Made by a program: the position numbers and the translations under genes. The notes beneath the pieces are model-generated. The model had not been told where the DNA came from. It made no database searches and was given only the letters and a program-made list of their open reading frames with translations. 64,000 bases of DNA from Cirrosporium novae-zelandiae (taxonomy: Eukaryota), in the NCBI GenBank assembly GCA_026023565.1, contig JAPETS010000018.1, positions 558,001 to 622,000 on the forward strand, read 5' to 3'. Shown piece by piece: positions 12,589-22,285 of this stretch. The stretch's first letter is position 1, and each line of letters opens with the position of its first letter.

Positions 12589-13236
12589 CTCCATGGCAGT
12601 ACAAATGGCGAGGCTGCCAAGAAGCAGGAAGCTAAGCCATCCACTACCAAGACCAGTCCGACAGAAGAACGGACAGCGGAGGAGCAGGAGAAGGAAGGTG
12701 GACCTTGTGGGCTACCTAAGAAGTGCACCATAATGTAAATAAATAATACCAATGAAATATTTATGATCTACCCTTTCGATTTTCCAATTAGTACATTTTT
12801 GTCCTTCAACCGCCAATTATGCAATTGTTATAGAGGCCAATAATATATCAACCAAAGTTGGTAGCAACGTCTACACAACAACTTACGTCTGTTTACTTGC
12901 AAAGGAAAAAATTAAAAAAGGAACTAATAACCGATACCAGTCCCAATCGCAAGGAACACCATCATTTTAGTTAGTCTACATTGTCAAAAAAAATTACGGA
13001 TGCAACATCTAGCACAGCATCCGAAACTCGCACCGATCTCTCTCCGCAGTATAGAAGGCCATCCATAAACATTAGGACCTGACTTTCTCCAACACCAAGA
13101 CAAATCATCAATTAACCCAAGTACCAACCAACCCTACTCCAAAATCCTCTTCATCCAAACCCACCCACCCCTTACAAAAAAGAAAAAAAAAATCCCCCTT
13201 CTACGAATTAATAAGAAGAGCACATCAAAAAAAACA

Positions 13237-13342
13237 AGCCGAACGTGGGGGTCGAACCCACAACCTTGAGGTTTACTCGACGTTGAATCTGTTTGGATTC
13301 AAACTTAAGAGCCACACGCTCTACCGATTGAGCTAGCCCGGC
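13237..13342 (-). tRNA. tRNA-Lys(CTT) with intron
   Basis: Reverse complement reads GCCGGGCTAGCTCAATCGGTAGAGCGTGTGGCTCTTA[about 33-nt intron]ACCTCAAGGTTGTGGGTTCGACCCCCACGTTCGGC. A and B boxes and acceptor stem are present, followed by a poly-T Pol III terminator (A-run 13227-13234 on +). Confidence 0.93.
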
Positions 13343-14495
13343 CTTTTTTATTTGTTGTAAGTTGGGGGGGTTTTTGGGGCTTATTAATTAATTAATGGTG
13401 GGATTGATGGTGGGATAGTCGGGAAGCTGGTGGGGTTTGATAGTTAGGGTTTATGACCTAATTAGTTATCTTGGAGGGGGTTCGGTGGTTTTTTGTTCCG
13501 GGTTATATAGTAAGGTAAAGTAAAGTAAAGAAGGTATGGTAAGGTATCAAATTGGTAGTATTAGGCGTAGGAAATTCGGGGTTGTCATATATATATACAT
13601 ATACATATGGTAAAGGATAAACGTTTTTTTCTTCTTCTTCTAACGTATGGGTATTTTTTGATAGTCTATAACTTAGTAATATAAGATATGTCAAAAGGGT
13701 TTTAACCTGGGTGAATGTTTTGAATTCGAAATAGTTTACGTCGTAGATGATGATGTATATGTGGTCTGGTTACGTTCTGAGGAAACGATATTTTTTTATT
13801 TTTTTATTATTTTTATGAATATTAGAAAAGGTTTAATTGTTTATATTCCTTTAGCTAGTGATCTTGATCTTTGATGCATCTTCTCGTAGGTACTCAGCCA
13901 ATCCTGGTATTACCTCAATGCCTTTCCCCAAAAGAGCTTTCACTTCGGAAGCTATTCGCGGCGGTTGAACTCGGTAGGGCATTTTTGTTGAGATCTCTTC
14001 TCTCCATCCTATTATAGCTAATAGGGCCTTTGCTATCCCGCATTTGTTCATTTTTCTCAAGACCCTTTATCCAACCTCTTCATATTGCCATGGAATCCTC
14101 GTTATGGTCTAAAGTTAGATTCGATTTACCTCCAGTACTACTTCTACCGTCTCATTTACTTTCCAGCTTGTATAATATAAAAATCTTGCCCATCGGGGCT
14201 AGCATACCTGTTGCCATATTAGGTGAATGATTCTTTCTTTTACTACCAATCACGCATTCTATGAACGAAAGGTTTACTTATCCTCTATCTTGGCTATCTT
14301 GAGTTACCGAATATACACAAAGTATATTAAATCTAGCATCCATACGAAATGCTCAGGATGTCCCGCATCCACTTTGCTTTTAATTATATAATAGGCGTAT
14401 CTACCAGATATTCTCATATCAGTGTGCAATCCAGATTCATTCCTTACACAGATAGTGTACAAGAGTCTGGACATTATTCTTAAATTTAATACACC

Positions 14496-15563
14496 ATATC
14501 CCCTCCTCGAAAAGCCCTCATCGCTATAACATCCACCCATGCCCCTCTCTATCCCGGCGGGAAAGAAACAGGTACTATCCATTGTCACCTCGACTCCCCT
14601 TCAACTCATTTATCCAACCAATCTATTCGCTAGGCCTCTTTATAACTGAAGCACTCCACCCCTTCAACGTCTTCCGCTCCGCCAACTTTGACGTCGACCT
14701 CGTATCAGAAACTGGCTCGTATCAGCCAGACTGGCTATCACAGACAGAGGATTGGTTGAAAGGGGACGATAGAATAACTTGGGAGAACCCGGATAGCGGG
14801 TTCAGGGGGAAGTTGGATGGATTGATGCAGCCGAAGAATGTGAGGGCAGAGGATGTAGGTTCTGTTGGCCATAAAGGATTAAGGTTACTGGATGGATGAG
14901 GGGTAGGCTGACTCGTTTGTTTCTGAAGTATGGTATTTTCTTTGCATCGGCAGGACACGCCTCTTTGATTGATTATCCAGATGCAAAAGGTCAGGTTTCA
15001 GCTGTCCACTTCATCATCGCTGTTGAAATAAACCTCCCGAGAGCTAACCCTAACTTTCAGGCCTCCAATCCATCGCCTCGACAATGTACACTAATGGGGC
15101 CATCATCTCTGCCGTGTAGGTTTAAAATCGTTCCACTCTTCCATATGAATGCCAACTAATCCCCATAGTTGTCATGGTGGTGCCATCTTTCCTGGAATTA
15201 TTGAACCTAGTACAGGAAAATCCATAATCGCTGGCCGTAGAGTGACGGGCTTCACGACCAGAGGCGAAGAAGAAGAAGGTGTACTGGATACCATCAAGAG
15301 CTGGAATCGGCCTACAATTGGGATGGCAGCCAAAAATGCCGGTGCCACCTGTGAGTTATAACCCGCATTCAAAAGGAATTATCATCTATCAATTTGTGTT
15401 TTTGAGTTTATATTTATGGTTGTATGGATACCTAGATATATCACCACCCGGCCCCTGGGATGTGTTTGCATTTACGGATGGTAGGATTGTTACGGGCGCG
15501 AATCCGGCCAGTGCACATGTTACAGCAGTGGAGGCTGTAAAGGCTTTTGAGGGGTTGATATAA
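14496..15563 (+). CDS. HSP31: Hsp31/DJ-1/PfpI glutathione-independent glyoxalase; start codon position is ATA
   Basis: Exons 14496-14571, 14634-14854, 14929-14989, 15061-15115, 15169-15350, 15436-15563, all GT-AG. They translate without stops (SPPRKALIAITS...TGLFITEALHPF...FFASAGH...SAVCHGG...DGRIVTGANPASA). No in-frame ATG at the 5' end. Confidence 0.85.
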
Positions 15564-16018
15564 CTATGTGGATTAATCATAGAAGAGTGCTTTAATTGAT
15601 CTCTTTATCTCTTATCTCCCGGGTTGCTCAGCAGAAAGTTACAACTAACCTTAAAACTGAAAGGGATGTAAAGTTTACGCCCTGATTTGCCTGGACCATG
15701 CCCAACCTCCAACAAGCTCAATCCTCAATCCACTCAACCGTGGAGAAACGCGATTATGACAATTATGATAATTAGTGCCATCTCCATCTCCATCTCCATT
15801 CCATTCTACCATAGGCCATCCCACTTCACTTCCATTCAATTATTGTTCAAATCCCCTTTCTCCCTCAAATAAGGGCATGTACTTTTGTCAATTACACCAT
15901 CTATATCTACCTATCTCTGGCTCAATGACTGATCTGTGATCTTCATGTCCAGCTCTCGGTTGATATATCAATCAACTTCATTCAATTTCTAGCCTTTCTA
16001 GCTGATTGGTCAAACATT

Positions 16019-17173
16019 ATGCCTCCAAAAAAGAAATATCAATCCATGTCTGCCAACGAACTTCACCTACAACAACTACGCACTGTACAAGCTAAAGTGA
16101 CAAATTTGACACAACAACAATCAATTTCAAATATCCGTATTCGCGCCGTGGAAGCTGCAGTCCAAGATGTAAAAATGGAGCTCTTTCATAAAGAATTGGA
16201 GTTGGATAGCCAACGCCATGTTGCAAAAAAAGAACGCGAAGCATTGCAGCATCAGGTATATGATCTGCAAATTCAGGTTGCCGGTCCATTCCCTTTCGAA
16301 CGCCTCCCCAAGGAGCTCCGACTCATGGTTTACTACTATGTTTTTCCCAACCATCATAATTCTCGAGCTCTTGTCGGTATCGATCATGTTCAACCCCATG
16401 ATCACAGCTTGGCCCGGGACAAATTTACTTCACCTTCTCCTTGCGCGCAAGCCTGGGTTTTTAATTTCTATACCACCTCTGGCTGGCAAAAACCTCCAAG
16501 CTGCTGCAAGCAAGACGATGGCGAAATTCGAGGTGATTCGTTACTGGCATTACTTCACACCAACCGCCTTATTAGTTACGAAGCAAGCACGGTTTTCTAC
16601 AGAGAAACCTTTTTTTATTTCAGGCACCCACTGGAATGTTGGAAGTACCTTACGCACCTCTCACCCGAGCGCTCTGCGTTGATCCAACAGATAGCTATTG
16701 CGCTTTTTGAGATTCCAACCAAGGAGCAGGAGGATGGGACTCAATTGGAAATAGTTGATACTAGGAATTATAATTATATCGACTTAAACAAGGCCTTTGA
16801 GCTTCTAGCAACCTTGAGGAGTCTTAAGACGCTCGAGATTATCATTCCCACTCACGCTCGCCTGGATGCACTCTTTCGGAGTCCTGGGACCAATTCTCTC
16901 GATGAACCAAGTCAGCTCATGCGTTATCTTAATGTTCCCCAGGGTGGTATTTTCAGGTCCCTCGAGAAGGTGATGAAGGTCATTCCCAAGGTCAAAGTCA
17001 AATGGCTTGGAAGCATTTCGGATTCTTTCTCAGAAAATGAACGCACTTTCAATGAACTGATGTATGATGCTTATGGAGAAAGAGCGAAGGTGGGAGAGGA
17101 GGACACAGATGACCCGGGGCTTGATGAGCTTGATTTCACTGATTATGATTATGATTATGATTATTACGCCTGA
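16019..17173 (+). CDS. Hypothetical protein: N-terminal coiled coil, F-box-like motif, acidic tail
   Basis: 384-aa intronless ORF. FPFERLPKELRLMVYYYVF and LLALLHTNRLISYEASTVFY are typical of fungal F-box-like orphan families. The (GATTAT)n tail encodes DYDYDY. Confidence 0.75.
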   Translation: MPPKKKYQSMSANELHLQQLRTVQAKVTNLTQQQSISNIRIRAVEAAVQDVKMELFHKELELDSQRHVAKKEREALQHQVYDLQIQVAGPFPFERLPKELRLMVYYYVFPNHHNSRALVGIDHVQPHDHSLARDKFTSPSPCAQAWVFNFYTTSGWQKPPSCCKQDDGEIRGDSLLALLHTNRLISYEASTVFYRETFFYFRHPLECWKYLTHLSPERSALIQQIAIALFEIPTKEQEDGTQLEIVDTRNYNYIDLNKAFELLATLRSLKTLEIIIPTHARLDALFRSPGTNSLDEPSQLMRYLNVPQGGIFRSLEKVMKVIPKVKVKWLGSISDSFSENERTFNELMYDAYGERAKVGEEDTDDPGLDELDFTDYDYDYDYYA

Positions 17174-18906
17174 ACATGGCCCATATTAAGCGATGGGATT
17201 GTAGTTTTAGGTCCATTTCTTATCTTGCACATTGTAGGCGAGCGTGCTACCACCCTCATTTCTACCTGGGCATATGAAATTTTTCTCTGCCCCTATTTCC
17301 AGAAGTTAAAAGTTCTAGAATTTTTCTTTTTTTACTCGGACAGCTAGAGGCAACCTTTTGTGTTACATGATATTAAAAATATGCGAGAACCAGCCTTTGA
17401 ACCAGACAGGAGGCTCTCTCCAACCCTACACAGATGTAAATCCCTTTTGATTGGATTTTGATTTGCTTGTATTATTAGTATTTCTTATTATGTTCTATTT
17501 TCTTTTCGTGCTTTGATCTTTACCGAGGCAAAAGGAGGAGAACTTCTATCGAACTAGAGGGTCAGTGGTTCATGCAAGACATACTGTCTTACACAGAAAG
17601 GCGTCTCCAGGTGAACTAGCTAGAAACCGGGCAGCGGCTATGGAGAGGGGGTTGGGGTTAGGGCTGAAGTGCTCAAGGGTGGAAGGCTCCTCGGCTTTTC
17701 AATGAGAAATAGTTCACATGATGATGATGGAAGCGATATCAATCGCAAAAGGGCGTTTAGCATAGGGCCAAGTGGTTGCGATTAATAATTAATATTTAAT
17801 TTGATCTGGTCATCACTACTCTGTAAGAATATCATAAAAGGTGTGGGTGTGGTGGATGGTTGATTTCTGCTGCACGGCGCTTCGGATCTTTCGAAGATAC
17901 CCGCCGCCCACCATCGGTTAACCCTTTCGGCGTCGACTGCAATTTGGTGTTGCTTGCTGCTGAGCCGCAAATCTGCAACACTGCACAGCACACATGAGAC
18001 TTTGAAATTTCAACCATTTTCTGCAGGGGTGCGGCGCAGTTATTTAAACACGTTAGGCCAGCTTGGCCTTTCTTTTTCTAGTTGACATTCAACAGGTGTG
18101 TTGGTTGTATATGTCCATGCAAGCGCGCGCTTGAATTTTTTTTCTTGTCTCTTTTTTGTTTCTTTCTGTAACGCAATTTTTCGTCTTGGAAAATTATTGT
18201 CAAGAGAAGAGCCTCGGGATGGTTTACTTCACTTTGTCGGGTGCGTCTCGTCTTGCTTGCCCTAGGCGCTTGTTTGACAAATTGGTTATATATTTTTACG
18301 GTATATATATCCAACCACTACCATACCATATTTTTTCCCTAACTATTCCCTCTTATCATTACCTCTCTTTCCTCAAGGTAAATAAATACGCATAACGTGA
18401 TTTTTCGTTTTAGTTTATTATTTTTTTCTATCTCCCGCCAATCGACCCATTTATCGATCGATCCATTCCTCTACGGGTTTCGAGACTTTTTTTCCTAGAC
18501 AGGAATTTAAAGCTGTGCCCGTGAATTTCTCCCTTGATCTCTGTGCTTAGGTTTTAGTAGCAGCGGCCTGGCTGGCTGTGTAGCTATATACGCTATCTTG
18601 TGTGTACAATCCTTGTGATTCGTGACCGTGACACACTCTCTCCACCCATCCGTCCACCCATCACACCAAGTGTGTAAAGCAATCAAAAAACAAGCGACTT
18701 ATCTTATCAAGATTGACTAGTTAAAACCGAATTAGAAGATTAGTGTCAAATTTGTAGAGACAGAAAGAAACAACACAACAGAAACAATACCACACAGCAG
18801 AGGAATTACTACCAGAGACTTTATATTCATTCATCCTGGATTGCCAAACCCAGACTCAAAGTCTTCCTTCAAAAAGAAACAAAGCAAAACCCCCCTCAAC
18901 AGGAAA

Positions 18907-19617
18907 ATGGTATCCCACCGCTCCACCCTCCTCTACATCTCGGACCCCTGCCCCGTCAGCTCCGTACCCCTAGGCACCCTAACAACCAACCTCCAATACC
19001 CCTCCACAGACGCCCTCACGCCGTCCGAATGCAAAATCCACCTGCAACCACCCACGGACTACACCATCAGCCTCGACAAAAACATAACCACCCTCTCCAC
19101 AAAATCCATGTCCTCCCTCTTCGCCGCAAGCGCCTGCTCCAAACTCCTCTCCTGCTTCCACTCCACCTCAAATACCAACCGCTTCTCCCTCGTCTCGGGC
19201 GAAGGCCGCACCTACTCCCTCCGAAACCCACGCCGCCTATTCCGCCGCCTCTACGCTTCTGATGCTGTCAAAGCTTATTTCGAAGAATGTCGCAACGACG
19301 ATTTGAAACGTGTTTACTTTGTCGTGGGGTGCGAGACCCTCATCGATACGAGGTTTTATGAGAGGGAGGGAAGGTCCAGCAAGACGGAGGCGAAGGCGAA
19401 GGTTAAAGTTGATGCGTTGCCGGGGGATTTGGGGACCGTGGGGTTTGAGGCTGGCGGGGAGGAGAGCGCGAGTAGGGTGGAGTGCAAGGAGGCGGTGGGG
19501 GAGAGGATTTATGTTATTCGGTTTCGGAAGGTTAGGTGGAGGAGGAGGGGGGGGCCGTATTTGAAACCGTTGGGGTGGTGGGAGAATGTGCTTTGGGGGT
19601 TGGGGAGGAGGGGGTGA
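18907..19617 (+). CDS. Putative gasdermin-like (RCD-1/HET-Q1-type) protein, 236 aa
   Basis: First ATG at 18907. Motif order SSVPLGTL..., RTYSLRNP, AVKAYFEE, VYFVVG, GERIYVIRFRKV resembles fungal gasdermin homologues as I recall them. Not verified by search. Confidence 0.6.
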   Translation: MVSHRSTLLYISDPCPVSSVPLGTLTTNLQYPSTDALTPSECKIHLQPPTDYTISLDKNITTLSTKSMSSLFAASACSKLLSCFHSTSNTNRFSLVSGEGRTYSLRNPRRLFRRLYASDAVKAYFEECRNDDLKRVYFVVGCETLIDTRFYEREGRSSKTEAKAKVKVDALPGDLGTVGFEAGGEESASRVECKEAVGERIYVIRFRKVRWRRRGGPYLKPLGWWENVLWGLGRRG

Positions 19618-19679
19618 GTGTGTGGGGGGGGGTTTCTATCTCTTCGCATAGTAGTACCAAGTGAAATATAAAAACCATC

Positions 19680-19691
19680 ATCACCCGTCTA

Positions 19692-19728
<37 letters not shown>

Positions 19729-20346
19729 ACCTTAGAGGTAAAACCATCCAACCACATCCCCACTTCACCCACTTCACCCACTCCCACTTGCACAGCATAC
19801 ATTAAATTCAGATAATTTACCCAAACCTCCAAACCTCCAAATAACCAATCCCCCACCCTCAACGGCTAAACTACGTAATACGTTACTATATGTAAAATCA
19901 AAGTCGACAACATTAACCCAAAGAACTAGGCTAGTTCGAGTTAGGTGAATTCATTTGAATTCAACTAATTACTACTACGTAGAGTGGTAGTACCCCGCAA
20001 AGCTTAATTTTAATTCCAAACTATGTAGTCTAATTAATTACTTTGCTGGGTGGTAGTAATAATGAATAGATGATGTCATCCGTTATTTTTACTCTGAAGG
20101 AGTACTTGGACTACAATACGGATTTATTATATACATATAATAAAATACCTATCATTACACAAGTAGGTATGTTCTCCTTCTCCTTCTTCCTTCTTCAGTC
20201 AGTCTACAAATAAATAAAAACCAAACCCCCCTTTTTTAAAAAAAAAAAAAAAAAAAAAGGACTTTGGATTAAATCGTAATCATAATCGTAAATTAATTTA
20301 TTTTCTATTGCATTAATTATTGGAAAAAATAATAATAATAATCCTA

Positions 20347-20401
<55 letters not shown>

Positions 20402-20900
20402 ATACTTGAGTTAGATCTCCTCTCTCTCTCTTCTCCTCAACTTCTTAGTTTTGGCGAATGATTAACCAAACCAACGGATTAATGGACTAATTAACGGACT
20501 GAGGAACCTAGTTTCCCGGGCTGGGGACGAGAGAGAGAGAGAGAGAGAGAGAGAGGAGGGGGCGGAGTTGGTTAAATATACTAATCTATCCCCCTCCCCC
20601 CTCCCTCTACAAGTACTCGAGCATATTTAAACTGAAGATGGGTGGATGGATAAATGGATGTACTTAAGTACGCAAGTAATGATACAGTATTATTATGACG
20701 TCCATTCCAACTAGAAAAAGGTTCATTATCTAGACTAGTCTACTGGAAAGAAAGTCCTTAGTCTATTACTTTTATCCAGTACGAGTAATTAATTAATTTA
20801 TTTAGCACGTGCTAAGTTATAGGAAGGTACAGTAAAGTATGTATAGTCTAGTTGGTGGATTATATAGAGGGAGTTTATTAAACCTTACTAGTAATAAAGT
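19680..20900. repeat. AT-rich microsatellite tract
   Basis: (CT)n about 19692-19728, poly-A about 20238-20258, (TAT)n 20347-20400, (GA)n about 20529-20554. Abundant TpA and no credible ORF. Confidence 0.85.
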
Positions 20901-22285
20901 AATAAGTAATAAGCAACAGCAGCAGTGACCATGGCGTACACAATACACATAACCCCAGAACCCCAGACTCACTTTACATCCCATGTTCCCATGTTCCCAT
21001 GTTCCATCCCCCTCCTCCTCCGACCACCTACCTCACTTCCCATCTCACCTTACGCTACTCACCTCACCTCGTATTACATACCCACAACCCACAACCCCAT
21101 AAATTCTCGTATCCCAAACTCTTCCGTGGCCCCCCTCTATTCCCTTTAACCGAGAAATCTCCTTTCCAAGTTTTTTGTTTTTTTGTTTTTTTGGAGGGGA
21201 TGGTGCGGTTTATTATAGACTATATAGATATACTATGTATTTATGTATTTATGTACTTATGTACTTGTATGTATTTTAAACGTAGGTTTTGTATATATGT
21301 ATCGTATGTGTGTGTATAAACTTTGGGAATTTATCTCGCCTCTAGCTTCCCCATCTGTTTGCTTATTTGCTTATTTGCTTATTTGCTTGTTTTGCATACA
21401 CACACACACCCACATATGTAAAACCGTTGATACTTTGTAGAAACTTCTGTCAAGACCGTTAATTAACCTTTTTTTCCAAGGTTCAACTTTGGGTTGTTGT
21501 TGTGTTATTCACGGAAGGACTTGGGGCGGGGGGGTGTTTCGACCGTTGAAATAAATACTACTTACCTAGGTATTATTATTCAGATGGTGCTAAGTGGTAT
21601 AATATAGGTACGAATTGACGACGGCTGAATGACGTTGGCCCCTCAGCTTGAAGATGGCGAGATTAGTCTAATACAGTATAGACTATAGATATATGCATTA
21701 TTGGAAACAGGGATATTACAAAAATTCTTGAAGAAAAAGGAATTAGGTAGACTAATTCATATTGGCAGCCTTTGATTACTTAAAGCTTGGTACGCCATGA
21801 CTGAATATTTGGCAACACATCTGATTACTTAAAGATTACTGTACGTAGGAGTACCCTTGAGCTGAATCTTGGTAACTAACCCCTCTGAGTGACCTGAACA
21901 TTGGTAACTTCTGACAGACTGACTGACAGAACCTTAATAACCTCTTGACTGGGTATTGGCAGCCTCTAGTTTAATTCATTACTTATTACTTGAAGATTGG
22001 TAACCAACCCCTCTGACTGAACATTTGGTAACCTGGCTGAACCTTTCATAACCTCTGACTGAACATTGGTCATCCATTGGTCTTAATACTTTGGGGAGGG
22101 GGAGGGGACGACCAGCTTGATCAATAAAACCCCTCTGGTAGCATATAAATACCACCATTGCTGCAGTCATGTTGGAAATCATATCAGATCACTTCACATA
22201 ACATACTACAAACGTTACCAAGTCTTCATTCAAAGTCCGTTCTTCTCCTACCTTGAATCCTTAATTTCCAATTCCCGCTGCCACG

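Noticed and set aside
12574..12599. 26-nt mini-intron GTTAAT...CTGAC...GGCAG removing the PST2 stop
   Set aside because: Shorter than other introns in the window, and it shifts the frame away from the CaaX tail into an early TAA.
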